64,000 nt of DNA from Cercozoa sp. M6MM. Taxonomy: Eukaryota > Protista > Endomyxa: Ascetosporea. Position numbers and translations under genes: made by a program. The notes beneath the pieces are model-generated. The model ran no database searches. It was given only the letters and a program-made list of their open reading frames with translations, and had not been told where the DNA came from. Position 1 is the first letter of the stretch, and each line of letters begins with the position of its first letter. The stretch lies in NCBI GenBank assembly GCA_040357565.1, contig JBDODJ010000003.1. One strand, given 5' to 3'. This document shows positions 11,957 through 27,562 of the stretch, piece after piece.

Positions 11957-12964
11957 CTACTTGCCAGTGGCCTCGAAACGCTTCCATGCCTTGTTGAGCG
12001 CATCGTAAGCGTACTCGGCGGCGGCACGCTGCTCGTCGGTGAGGTCCTTGTTGGCCAACTTGTCCGGGTGCGTGGCAAGCCAGGCCTAGACAACAAGCAT
12101 GCGCATAGCACGAGTAAACAACGGCTGGGGACGGGATACCTTCTTGTGCGCCTTGCGGACCTGCGCAGCAGAAATGAGGTCGCTGAGCGAGACGCTCTTC
12201 CAGCGCGAACCGGGCCACGTCAGTACTGTGTCGAGACTCGACAGCAAGGCACGGATGCCGCGTGGCACGCCATTCTTGCACTCCCACTTCTTCATGCGCG
12301 CCTCGACGGTCTGACGCGCGTCGAGTCGTCGTTGCCGCATCGTCTCAGTGTCAGTCGTGCGTGTCCTGTCCAGCCAACGTATTCTTAAATCAAGGTACGC
12401 TTAAGACAGAGACAACAGTCTACCGGAGACTGCCGAGTTTCTCGGCCTGCGCATCGCGAATCTCCTGCTCGAGTTTCTCCGACTTAACACGCACCGGCGC
12501 CTTCTGTCACAAGCAAATACATGCCATCAGTACACACTTGCATTACAGGAGAGACAGAGGGCAGTGAGATACAGCAGAAGGCTCTTGTAAGTCGGGCGAC
12601 TTGCTCCGCGCAGGTGCTCGATGTAGCGGGTCGAAAGAGGACACCTGCGACTCGGCCGAGGCCTGTGAGCCCATGTCATGTGAGCCCATATCGTGCATCA
12701 TGTCGCCCAGCGGGTCTAGACTCTGCGTCGACGTCGGTGCCTGCTTGGGTTGCTGCACCAGATGTGTACACACATACGCGCACACAAGAGTGGTAACAGA
12801 TGATGTGTGTATGTGCAGGCCTACCGGTGCATCAAATGCGAAGAAATCCGGCGTCTCGGGCGAGCCGGACGCCGAGGGAGAGGCGCCGGTGGCAGCGCCC
12901 AGAATGTCGTGCAAGTCGTCCGACTCGACCGACGATGCATGACCCGAAGGCGGCGCCGAGGCGG

Positions 12965-13009
<45 letters not shown>

Positions 13010-14712
13010 GCGTGTGCGTGTGTGATTTGGTACTCATACACTCAGAGAGGTAAGTTACATGCTGCTGGTTCTTGCGAGTAACGCCCAGAAAATCCGCCGT
13101 GTCGGGCTCGCGCGCGCTCGGCACGTGCACATTGTGCTGAGCATTCCAGATTCGTGTGCCTGTAGGAGAGAAAGAGAGAGGGGTGGAGAGGCGGAGATAC
13201 CGGGCGACTGTGCGTCACTTCGTGTGTCTGCGAGTTGTGTTGCGAGGGCGGTGCCGATGCCGTGGCAGCCACCGTCGTGGCCGAGGCAAAGCCGCCGAGC
13301 AGGTCGAACTCATCCTCCTGCGGTCTCGGTGGCGGTGTCGATGGTCGCACTGCCTGTACCGGTACCTGTTGCTGTTGCTGTCGCTGTTGCTGTTGTTGTT
13401 GTCGTTGCTGTGACACTGGCGTCGTTGGTTCCTTCTTCTCGGGTGTCGGCGGCTGCGACGACATCGGAGTCGACGCGACAGACTCCTGCGGCATCGCAGT
13501 GTAACAAGTCCCAGTGAACAAGGCCAAGGCAACAAAGTTAGAAGGAGAGGCTACTGGGACAGGCAGCTCTGAGAAGTGATCGTTGGCGTCTTGCAGCATG
13601 TTGGTCTGCGACAGCTGCAGCGCCTTGGCCACGCCGTCCATGCGTCGGAAACTGTCACACATATTAGATATACCAAATATATATATATATATATATATAT
13701 ATAAGTACCGTTCCGAAACGAGTTTTTCGGTGCGTTTTTCGGCAGCAGTGCGTACGCTGAGGAAGCGCTGCTTGAGATCCTCGAACTCGCGCTGCAGTTC
13801 GCTCGCATCGGCCGCGTGCACGTTCTTCCGTGCCTACCCACACAGGCAAGCTTGTGAAAAGAGGGCATGGGAAAATGGATAAGAAACAAGATACGTGGTC
13901 CATCTTGTACTTGACATGCCAAGCAGCACGACGCAGCTCGGCGGCTTCGCGCAGCATCTGTCTGGTCTCGCTGATGTCGTCGAGCCAGCCGTCCAGTCGG
14001 CCCATCACGCCAGTGTCCATAGCCCACAGTTCCCTCAAGCGACGACGTGCCTCCGAGTGCATTCGCATCTGCAGGCAATTTCCAATGCACCAAGGCAACA
14101 GCAAGGGAGGAAATTGCACCTGCAAATCGGCAAGATTACAGACGTCCTGAGGCGTCTCCTGCGCCCTGTAGAAGCGACGCTACTCGCACACACATCGTTG
14201 CAGATAGGCACAAACAAAACAGACGAGGAAGCAGGTGTTACCATGGCCTCGGTTGCATTGGCGGCCTTCTCCCAGGACTCCAGCGTCGCACTAGCGTAAG
14301 ACAGACAGTGTGTTCGCACCTCTTGCACCATGGACTAAAGCGAAGCAACACCAGAAAGCAATAACCGTAAACAAAGGCAACCCCAAACAAGTTTCGACTG
14401 AGTGAACACGTCCCTACCTCGAGCTTCTCGAGCTTGCGGCGCACCTTGGACATGCGCGCGTCCTCTGGCATGTCCTTGGTCGCTAACGCGTCCATCAGCG
14501 ACTGCACAAAAGAACACCAGCGAAATGCAAGCTCCCAGATCGACGAGTGCAGTTTTTTATCACATGCAAACACATGCAGCACGCTGCTGCGACACAACCA
14601 AACACCGACGAGTGTTCAGGTGCGTCACAGGGGCCGATCCGTCGCATAAAACTCAGCACAGAAAACGAAGACTTCTCCAACGTACGTCCTTTGCTCGCTT
14701 CAGGAAGTCCAT
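11957..14712 (-). CDS. Auxilin-like J-domain protein with N-terminal BAR-like helical domain
   Basis: C-terminus IRALLSSLDTVLTWPGSRWKSVSLSDLISAAQVRKAHKK|AWLATHPDKL...AEYAYDALNKAWKRF is the auxilin/Swa2-type J domain with HPD. The middle is low-complexity with DLL/DFF/FDP-type motifs. The N-terminus MDFLKRAKD...TKDMPEDARMSKVRRKLEKLE...ELQREFEDLKQRF is BAR-like. Confidence 0.8.
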
Positions 14713-14956
14713 TTTTAGGATTAGCACACGCCAGAACACACAGTCAGATAAGCACGAGCAAATTGTAAGGAGCGCCGATACACAGTGTACAAATTAAAAG
14801 CTACCACGAGGCATCTAATGACCACAGCGTGTGTCCTGGGTTTCGAAAATTGTTTGCTAGTCACCACTAGGTTTTTCGGCTCGATCGTGCCTGGTAGAGC
14901 AAAAAACGAGTCAATAAATGGGTGGGAAATTAAGTGTTTGTGTCAGCAGAGCGCCG

Positions 14957-17900
14957 ATGAATGTCGACGCGCTGTCGACCCAAGATGCGCGGTTACTGCT
15001 CTGCCGTGCTGCCGTTAGCCTGTTGCCGAAGTCCTACGTGCCCAGATTACACTTGGCTCTTCAAGCAAGCTTGCAGCTGATACAGTTGCAGAAGGAGCGC
15101 ATGCTGCGTTGGTTTGACGGGCCTACTTTCCAGGTTATTTTGCAGGACCTTGAGCAACAAATTGAGTCTTCTTCACTAAAGCTTGAAGTTAAACTGGGTC
15201 TCATGAACGCCATGAAGCGCGCGAGAGACTTCGTCTCAATGCCACAGGCCCGCCGTTGGATTGACGTATTAAATGTGCTGTCGAGACCGCCCGATATCTC
15301 TGAATTGTACCTATTTTTAACCTTGAAGAGGTCCATTCTGAAGCAATGAATTTTTAGCTTTTTTCCAGGTGCAAAATCGAAGTATTGCTCACGATGGACA
15401 GTTTGGTTGTGCTCACGGAAGAAAACGACATCCGGGACGAATTGCGTTGGTTCGTGGTGCAAGTGAGGCGCCGTCGTCGTGTCGATTCTCTAAGAAAAAA
15501 TAAACGCTTACACCACATTGCAGTGAAACTGTCGGAAGCTGTTGGACTCGAGTTCGACGTGACTTGCTGCATCGTTCGTGGACTGCAACTTAAGGCTTCG
15601 CAGGTCCCCCAAGTGTCGCACTTTCTGGTGCAGAGCCTTCCGCTTTTCTTGGCCGAAATATGTCAAGACAATGTCGCAACGGAAGACTTTCGTCGCCACG
15701 TGCTTGTTCAAAGGTACAGTGCTGTCTCATATCACTGTGGTGGACTGAGTGTTGCTGTTGTACGATTGTATGTGTAGACAAGACATATTCAAGGAGAAGC
15801 TTAAAACCCTACCCCAGCTGAGTGTGCTACTTCCGTGGTTGTCGAAAGCAAGCAAAGAGAGCATTTGCGACAACGTCGAGACGCGTCAGCAAGTACAACT
15901 GTGCCGAGAAGTGCTGACACAGGTGCCAACACATGCCGTCAATGTCGAGAACGAGATCGAAGTTTTGCTCAAGCAGTTTGCGGTTTTTCTGTCTTTTTTC
16001 TCGAATTGTGTGATGTACTGAATAATGTTTGCAGGCTGCACGTTGCATATATTCGGCTTTGATGACACAAAAACGAGCCGCGGAAGAAGCATCGCCGGCT
16101 CTGTTGCTTGCGCCGCATGTTTCGTCGCTTTGCGTCGCTTTTCTCAAGGTCAGGTAGCTTGTCGTTTTGTGTTGCACCGCCTTGTTTCTGCCAATGTGTG
16201 TGCATGTGTATCAGCAATTGTTTTGTTTTTGGCGCCGCCGATCCGTTCGAACGGCTCGTGCAGTTTGTCGCCAGACGCACCGACGACAAGGAACTACTCG
16301 CTCGCGTTGCCGACTTTCTCGCCGAACTCTCAAACCACTTTGAACTCGGTATTTTGTTTTGATTTGTTGGTTCCTTTGTTGGTTTTATTTTCATTCACAC
16401 GAAACTAGAGGAAGAAAAAAGGGAGGAAAAAGAAGGGGAGGAAGAAGAAGGGGAGGAAGAAGAGGAGGAAGAAGAAGGGGAGGAAGAAGAGGAGGAAGAA
16501 GAAAAGGAAGAGGGGGAGGGAAAAGAGAAGGAGGGCAGCACTGGTGTCGAACTGCTCGAGCGATTGCGCAACTACGAGGATTCTGTGCCGGCGCATCTTC
16601 GTTCAATTGTCAACAATTTGGTAAGATTTGTCCTTTGTCGGTTGGTTGAGTGCTTTCAGCGGAAATCTTTTCACTCCATGCATCCTTTCCTTTTGCCTCC
16701 TCGCTTTACTCGTTCTTTTTGCGTGGTTGTTTGTTTATGTATAAACCCTGTAATGTTTAGTTCGCGGTGTCGGCGATCCAGATCGATTGCTTGAGTCCCG
16801 TGGACATTTCGACTGCCTTGACTGCGTTCGATGCGGCCGAACATGTGCTCAATGACCCGGACGACAGATTGCTTCTCGATGAAAAGGCTGTATCGGTTTA
16901 CTCGGGTCTGCTAAGCACGCAGATCTTGACGGCCGTTGTTCTCTGTGCGTTCTGTCTTCTTTGCGTGCTGCAGTGTGTATGAAAATGGTGCTGTAGTGTC
17001 AAACTTGCTACGTGGTTTCCAACTGTCGTCCGATCAGGCAACATTGTGGGAAACCAGTGCACCCAACGTGTTCCTCCGTATGGTGCGTCAGTGGCAAGGC
17101 CACCGCGTTCTGGCGCACTGGATGTCGCCGTCCTTGGCTACTTTCGTGCGTCATTTTGAGCCGCTCCCGCCGCTGGATGACGCAACAGACGAGCGAGCGT
17201 GGCTCCGACAGCCTCTGCCGGTTCGCTTCAAGCGAATACGATACTTCTTCGACAGAGCTGGATTGCGCAGCACCATTGACGTCAACACCAACAAGGACAC
17301 TGAAAACAAGGACACTGTCAACAAGGACACTGTCAACAAAGACACTGTCAACAACGACACTGCCAACGAGGAGACTGCTAAGAAAGGCACTGCCTCCGAG
17401 AAGAAGGAAGCGCTTGTTCAACGACTTAGCGCTGGCCTGGCCGAGCTGTTCTGCCGCACACTGCTGACCTGTGTGCGTGCCGAACTGCTGCATGACACCT
17501 TCGATGTGCCTTTCTCTCTCCCTCTGTGTCTGTGCACTTACCTCGTGTGCACTCTTACCTTATGTGTCTTTGATGTTTGAATACAGGAGTCGAGGTTTGA
17601 GCAGCGTCTGTTTGCGTTGACGCAGCAGATGAAGACGTCATCCTTCGACGCGCTGCGTTGGTGCCGCGGTAAGAAGCACATCCACAAGGCATGGGGCAAA
17701 CTCGTCTTTATACCAGACGCATTAAGACACCTCATCGACAAAGGTGAGTTTATGACTTTCAATTTCGCGTGTTCAGATCTTGTATTTGTGCCTGTGTTTG
17801 CAGCCGTGCGGAGCAGTGCGCATAAGACTGCTGTTCGCGTGCTGCTGCCCACGGCGAAACAACTGGCGCCAGATGCACAGAGATTGGTGCGCGAAACCGA

Positions 17901-19677
17901 AGAGAAAGCGGCACGTGCCGAGGCTAGGTGGTTCAAGGTGTGTCTACAACGTATGTCTCCGAAGAACGTCAACCCCTTGTTCGGCATTTTTGAGAGAATG
18001 GCACCTGGCTTGGCGAAAGACTGCGACACAGTTCTTAGCTACATCGCCACGCAGGACTTTACGCTCACGCCAGAGTTTCTGCCGTTGCTTCTGAACCTGA
18101 AGCGACGGCGGTTGTTCCAGATCACTTTGCTGCGTGCCATGGACAAGGTCGGAAAGCAACGAGTGCGGCGACTGCTGCTCCAAGTCGACGCCTACCTGGC
18201 CTCGGTGGGTCAACTCGGTAGCTTGGCGATGTGCAACCTGCCTTTCGACGTGTTGGACACGCTGGCGCCTTTTTTGATCCGAGATTCTCAAAAAAATTCT
18301 ATGTTTAAACTTGTCGTTTCTCGAAGGGTACCTCTGTATTGTACCTGTTGATTTGTCATATTTACTTGTTCTATCCCTTGTCCTATTGACTTGTCCTGTT
18401 GCAGAAAGGAGGCTTCCAGCAGTGTGCACGGGCACTGGGTGTGGCCTGGGCACTGTGTCACCTGATCGACGTGCCTGTGTTCCTGCGAGAGGTGCAGAGT
18501 TGGAGCACACGTGTGCGCAGACAACGCGACTTGTGCCGACGCCTCATGTTGCCGCAGCAGGCACCCGTGTCGCTCTTGTGGGTCACTCGTGTTCTCTTTC
18601 AATGCAAGGAACTACTCGAGTCAAAAGACAGGCAAGAGGAACGGCTGCACATTCTGGCAGTGTGCTGCGATGCCTCCTCGCTGCTGCTGTCCTGTGCCTT
18701 GTGTGCACTCAAGCATGCCATCAATATGCTGACAGTCAAGGAAGAACTGGGCGTGGCGGCGCTCCCGTTGTTGGGCAGGGACGCGATAAGAACGCGTGAT
18801 TTTCTCGACACTATCATCGACAATGCGCGCACGATCCTCAACGATGCGACTGACGAGGAACTCCAACGAAACCGACGACATCTGACTCAAGTATTCTTGC
18901 TGCAACGAGAAGTCGAGGCACTCCGCACGACCCTGACGCGACTGCGGCGACAACACGAGAAACGCACCGATGTGCAAACTGTACTCGCCATCTGGATCAA
19001 GCTCTGCGACACTCTCGTCGACTCTAGTGTCAAAGAGCTGCACGAACGTATCGCTCAACTTCCTATCTTGCACGGTAAACATCTCACGCTCTTCTCTTGG
19101 TGTACTTGTTTCAATTATCTTCTTTTGTAAAGAAAGCGACTCGAGCGACTCAAGCGACTCGAGCGAAAGTGAAAGTGAAAGCGAGAACGAAAGTCAAAGT
19201 CAAAGTGATGGCGAAAGCGAAAGCGAAAGCGAAAGCGAAACAAGTGGAAGCGATACGAGTGAAAGCGACACCGAGAGCGACATGGACGAGTACAGTGACG
19301 TTTCTGACTTGGAGCACCAAGAGCATGCCGACGTGTTGACGCAAAGCACATCGCCTTTGCCAACACCCGATGAGAGGCTCCATTTTGCTGAAATCGAGGC
19401 CCGTGTGGTACTGATTTTTTCAAGGAGAGCATTTGATTGCTGTCAAACAAGACAAGTTGCTTGCAGTTTGATGACTTGGTGTTGGAGAGAAACGCTGCTT
19501 TCAATCACGCAAGCGCAACTGAAGATGCTCAAACACAGGCAATTCTCGATCATATTTTGCGGTACGGTTTGTTTTTACCACCTCTTGTTCTAGTATGCTC
19601 GGCGTATGCACAGTGAAGCTGACGAGTTGAATGGGCTGGAACCCGCCGACCGAGATCGGCCGGCAGTCGAATCATAA
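14957..19677 (+). CDS. Large (>1000 aa) uncharacterised alpha-helical protein with acidic tracts, multi-exon
   Basis: Chain of Leu-rich exons linked by GT-AG introns. Contains a poly-Glu tract (16408-16535), NKDTV 15-bp repeats (17290-17360) and an SE-rich tract (19130-19290). Ends ...RPAVES* at TAA. No family recognised. Confidence 0.65.
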
Positions 19678-19921
19678 TAGATTGGATGCATGAAGCACTT
19701 GTAAACCAGCAAAACTTTATTTAAATGTAGCATAGCAAAGAGCTGTTTGACAAATTGACGGTAAAAGTGTAATACGGCGTCGCTTGGTTTTTCGACAGGT
19801 TTCAAGTGATTTTTCAAGTGTGCCAGATTGCAGAAGCAAGCGTCTTAGAGATAGCTGTGGGTGCGCAGGCGTGTGTACATACCATCAAGTAGGGCACAGG
19901 GCATATAGTTTGCCGCAGAGA

Positions 19922-20862
19922 ATGGAGCCTGAGAAGCCGGCTTGGCAACGTCCAGCGCGGCGATGGCGCCGAGCGGTCGTCGCTTCGTAGCATGGCGTTT
20001 CTCCGATTGCACCAATGTAGAGTGCGTATGTTGTTTTGCAGAGGGGTGGGTGGTCACGTGAGACTGCAGCGGTGGCATCTTCGGCCGGAAGAGGCAACGC
20101 TGCCGCCTCTGGTGCCAGTGGATGCGCGGACAGAGCCGGTATCCTTTTCTTCTCGAACGCAGTTAAACTTAGATTTCGTTTTGTGAATTTCTAGGGTTCC
20201 GCGCAGACACGAGAAGAGCGCAAGCGCATGCGTGAGGCGCGACAGCTTACGCAGCGACTGCTAGTTCCAACTGGCCAAAGCAAGGACAGCGAGCACACGA
20301 AATCGTGCCTTTTGTTTTACTTCCTTTTCCACGTTCTTTTTAGTTCTGTTGACTTCAAATTGATCCTGTTTTTGGTTGTTGCAAAAACAGAGGTGTTCAG
20401 CACGACGTCTTGCGCAAAACTGACCTCGAAAACCGACGCAATCCTGTCTACAAGCCTCGTACCATCTGGATTATTCTCGTCTTGTGTGTAAGATGCAGTC
20501 TTGTACTTTTGCGTAGAAGGACCGCTCATCTTTGGGTGTCGTCACTCGTGCTGCGGCCACGAAGCTTTCGATACCAAGTTCAAGCAGGTAGGCCTGATAT
20601 CTACACATATACCCACCGAGATCTCATACACATGGGCAGACTAAGCACGAGCAGAGTCCGCACCTGTTGTGCCAAGCATCGTGTCCCTTCCACGGCCGAG
20701 CACCAGCCGAACCAGATCCGCACGGGCGCGCTAAGACTAGGGTACACCACTTGTTTTCCAGTTGTTTCCGTGTCTCGATTTCGTGGTGTGCAGGAAGGAG
20801 CCAACCCCCCGCGCAAGCGACGTCGTCAGAAGGCTGTCCGCATCTCTGAGGCCGCGTTTTAG
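19922..20862 (+). CDS. Small nuclear protein with BCL7-N-like motif, C2H2-like zinc finger and basic NLS
   Basis: Seven exons joined in frame: MEPEKPAWQRPARRWRRAVVAS|GVGGHVRLQRWH...FGCRHSCCGHEAFDTKFKQ|TKHEQSPH...PPRKRRRQKAVRISEAAF*. Confidence 0.55.
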
Positions 20863-21008
20863 CTAGTGCTAGCGTGGTCAATTCACTTTGCTTCCGTTCC
20901 GTTTAGTTCGCGGTTTTAGTAATTGAACGAAAGCGAACGGAACACGAAAATTCACCCACCGGCCGGGCAGCCAGCCGATGCTAGATCTGGTTGAAGTGAG
21001 TGTCCAGT

Positions 21009-23481
<2,473 letters not shown>

Positions 23482-23728
23482 GTTTCCGTCTCTACGACCG
23501 CACTCCACTTAGCTTCACACCGTGGCCCGAAAAATCGATCACAACATCAACGACAAGGTTGTTCATGCCACAGAAAAAAAACTAACCGGAGCGCCGGAAC
23601 CAGTCCAATTCTTGACAAAACAATAGAGATCAGCAACAGAGCCTAAAGGACACCAAAAGACGCAGCAACTGCGTGTGGTTTGTTTGTTAGTGCTTCTACG
23701 GAGCTTCCAGGCTGTACGGTAGCTCCCG

Positions 23729-26700
23729 ATGAATGAGTGGAAGGAAATTGAAGATGTGGGTGCTGTTTGACATTGTTGTTGTGGCTCTGTGTGTTTCAGA
23801 TGGAGAAGACCGGCGAGAAACGCGCGCGCAAGCAGCGTGGCGGCCGACCGAAGAAGCGTGCTCGAGGCGTGGAGCAGTTCCTCGACATTGAGGCCGAGCA
23901 TGGTAAGCTTTGACCTGGGGTAGTCTTTGGGTAGCGTTTGGTATTGTATTGTCGGTGTGGGTGTCGATGTGCAGACGACGAGGACGACGACTTTGAGGAG
24001 GAAGGCGACGCCGAGGAGGTGTGTGACTCTTGAAGTCTTGCTGTGTCAGTGTGATGCACTGTGTGTCTGCAGGTGCGCGACTTCATCCTGGAGGAGACGG
24101 ACGTCGACGCGGCGCAGAACATGATGCAGGTGCCTCTGTGTGTTTTAGGGACTATGTGTATGTACTATGTACTATGTATATGTACTATGTGGTATGTGTG
24201 GCTACAGGCACGTCGGCTGATGGCTCAGTCCGACGCGTTCGGCGACGCCGATGAGCAGGAGTCGATGAAACGACTCGCTTCGGAACTCGAACAGCGCTAC
24301 CGACGTCAGCAGCCGGTATACCCTCCCTTTTACCCCTCCTTCACCCCGTCCTTTACCCCCTTCACTTCCTCTTACCTTTTGTAGCAGCAGCAGCGGCGGC
24401 AGCCGCAGGCAGAGGCACCGGGACAGACGGCGCCGCCGCAGCAGTCAGTGCCGGCGCCGGTGCAGAAGAAGGCGCAGTACGTGCAGGGTACCTGGTTCAT
24501 TTGTACTGGTCCATTTGTCCTGTCCATGTGGACTGTTTATATGGACCGACACATGTCCGTGTGTACAGACGAGTTGGACGTGAAGCTCGAGAGTGCCATG
24601 CAGCAGAGTCTGCTGCCGTCGATTCAGGATCCGCGACTCTTTGCCGTGCGCTGCCGCATTGGACTGGAACGAGATGCGGTACCGTAGCCTCAGTGGCTAC
24701 ACTCATGTCCATTTGGACTCCTATTTGTACACGGTACATTTGTACCTTTGTTTGTACAGGTGGTGGACCTGCTGACGCGGTATTATCTGACCAAGCACTC
24801 GCGGCAGAAACGCATGCTTATCAAAACGGCCTTTGCACCGCTCGAAGGTTGCTTTCGCTTTCTCTTGGGGGGGGGGGGGGGGGAGGGGGTAAGGGAAAAG
24901 GGTGGGTAGAGGGAGTGGAAGAGGGTATGTGTGCACACAGGCGTCGGTTACATCTACGTGGAGGCGTACAAACTCGATCACGTTCGACTCGCCATCAAGG
25001 ACGTTCGCGCGCTGCGCACTGACCAGGTGTGTTTNNNNNNNNNNNNNNNNNNNNNNNNNNNNNNNNNNNNNNNNNNNNNNNNNNNNNNNNNNNNNNNNNN
25101 NNNNNNNNNNNNNNNNNNNNNNNNNNNNNNNNNNCCCCCCCCCCCCCGTGGGCAGTTTCGTGGTGCGTGCCAATCAGACGGTCAAGTCGGGCGTTGCTGC
25201 GGTACCTTGTGACCCATCTGACCACCTGAGTGACCACGTGACCACCTGAGTGATCACGTGACTGACTGAGTGACCACGTGACTGAGTGATCGTTGTTTTT
25301 TAGGACGAGAAACAAGGTCTCGGAACGACGCTGTCGGGCTTCAACAAGGAGGTACACGCCTCCATGTTTTGCACCCTTAAACATATGCAGCCTTAAGCAT
25401 ATGTTATCAGCCTTAAGCATATGTTACGCGGTCTTAAACATGTGTATGTGCTCCCTTAACTATGCAGGCACAGCAGTCCAAGGCGAGCGAAACCACGCGG
25501 CGCGACATGCCGGGCGCTCGCACCAGTATACCCCTTTACCCCCCAGTTTACCCCCGCCCCCCCGGGACCCCCCTCGGACAGATAAGTTCATGCGACACCG
25601 CACGGTGCGCATCACGCGTGGTCCGCACAAGGGCGCCCTGGCCACGGTGATCAGCACCGACGACACGCGCTTCCTCCTGGTACCTTTGGCACACGTGTGC
25701 ACTGGGATCAGTGAGCAGCCATGTGTGACCACACTGAGTGAGTGGTGACCCATGTGTGATGACCCATGTGTGACCACCCGTGTGTGATGACCCGTGTGTG
25801 ATGACCCATGTGTGATGACCCATGTGTGATGACTGTAGAGTCTCAACACGACGGGTCGACTGGTGCACGTGCAACTGGCGGACGCGGCGCCGCTGCAGAG
25901 CGACAAGACGAGGTTTTACCCCCTCTTTACCCCCCCTCTTTACCCCCTCTTTACCTCATTTTAACCCCCCTTTACCCCCCCCTTTCCCCCCCCCCCCCCC
26001 CCCAGAGCGACACTGAGCAACTTCCGCGACTTGGCGCGCATGCCGGCCGGTGGCCGTAGCTTTGGCTTTTACCCCCATGTTTACCCCCCTCCCTTACCCC
26101 ATGTTTACCCCCTACCCCTCTGTTTACCCCTCCTGCAGAGAGAATGGACGCGGCAGCAGTGGGCGGTCGCACCGGCGCCTACTCGGGCGGTCGCACCGGC
26201 GCTTCCGTACGCTTGGTTCAGGGGTGTTTAGTTGAGGGAGTGTTTAATAAGGGCACCTTTAACTAAGGGTGTGTCTCTGTTTAAGGGAGTGTCTTTTGTG
26301 TGTACAGAGGGTGGTCGCACCGGCGCCTACACGGGCGGCGGCAGGACGGGTGCCTACGTCGGCGGTCGCACCGGTGCTTACGGTGGTCACACGCGTATGT
26401 TTACCCCCTATTTACCCCTCTCTTACCCACCTGTGATTGTGCTGTAGCTTCCACGGGAACGTACGGCGGCACCACTCGTATGTTTNNNNNNNNNNNNNNN
26501 NNNNNNNNNNNNNNNNNNNNNNNNNNNNNNNNNNNNNNNNNNNNNNNNNNNNNNNNNNNNNNNNNNNNNNNNNNNNNNNNNNNNNTTACCCCCCCCCCCC
26601 TGATGTAGCACACTTGGGCGGCAGTCTCACCGGGCAGTACATGGGCGGCAGTCAGACCGGGCAGTACCAGGGCGGTCGTACCGGTCAGTACCAAGGACAA

Positions 26701-27012
26701 GGTGGTCGTACGGGTCAGTACCAACAAGGCGGACGCACCGGACAGTACCAAGGTGGTCGTACCGGACAGTACCAAGGTGGTCGTACCGGACAGTACCAGG
26801 GCGGTCGTACCGGACAGTACCAGGGACAAGGCGGACAGACTGGTCAGTACGCACAAGGACAGGGCGGCAACACTGGCGCATATGGTGGTACACTTTCGAC
26901 CCCTCATCCCCTCCCCCACCCCTTCCATCCCTTATCCCTACTGCCTGTTTTGTGCTCAGGCGGCACTGGTCGCTACGTTGGCGGACTCGGTTCGATGGCG
27001 CCCAAGCAGTAG
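23729..27012 (+). CDS. SPT5: Transcription elongation factor SPT5 (interrupted by two assembly gaps)
   Basis: Acidic N-terminus FLDIEAEHDDEDDDFEEEG. NGN domain QQSLLPSIQDPRLFAVRCRIGLERDAV...GYIYVEAYKLDHVRLAI. KOW motif RTVRITRGPHKGALATV. C-terminal GGRTGQYQ repeats. The middle KOW domains are probably hidden in the gap at 25035-25134. Confidence 0.92.
25035..25134. other. Assembly gap (100 N); others at 26486-26585, 33684-33693, 52041-52050
   Basis: Runs of N, each abutting a poly-C or (GT)n intronic tract. Confidence 1.
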
Positions 27013-27562
27013 TGAGTGTTACGTTAACGTTGAGTACGGCTAGCGCTATGTATAGTTGATAGTCGAGTAATAGTAGGTAGGGTAGGTAGTGGTAAGGATT
27101 ACCTGCCGTGAGACCTTCCGTTTCTTTCTTAGCGAAAAAACCGACCGGTATGTTACAGACTGACTCAGATTATGCAGTCTCTGCAGGGATAAACCCAGAC
27201 AGACCAGTTGGTCTCCCATCATAGAGTTAAGAGTTTGTGGCTCTGCGGTACTACTGCCTATAGAGCTGTGACTGGACCTGTCTAAAAGCCTGTCCTGTAG
27301 ATTGAGCCTGCCAGTTGGCAAAGAGAAAACCTCATCTACTTGGCATCAGCTGGTCAGTTGCTCTGCAGTTTGGACTGATATCCAGCTCTACAAGTAAGCA
27401 TTGGCTGCTGTAGAGAGAAGGGGTTTTCTTGTTAAATCTTCTCACGATTTTCCCCGTGACGGAAGATTCCGTCTACAACTCCGTCTAGTTTGACGTAAGA
27501 ACCCAGTTGGGGTAATTCTTCACTTCGCTTCTACTAACTGAATCATTGATACCCTCGCTTCA

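Noticed and set aside
24488-24760. Introner-like (transposon-derived) intron family, suggested by GTAC...GTACAG ends and a shared GTCCATTTG
   Set aside because: Similarity between introns is limited to short palindromic words that are common throughout the window. No extended homology or consistent target-site duplication was seen.
25913-26138. TTACCC-rich tracts as interstitial telomeric repeats
   Set aside because: They are irregular, confined to introns and oriented with transcription, with no perfect tandem telomere unit.
26630-26885. Regular short repeats resembling a CRISPR array (also 62865-63060)
   Set aside because: They are in-frame coding repeats without unique spacers, in eukaryotic genes, with no cas genes.
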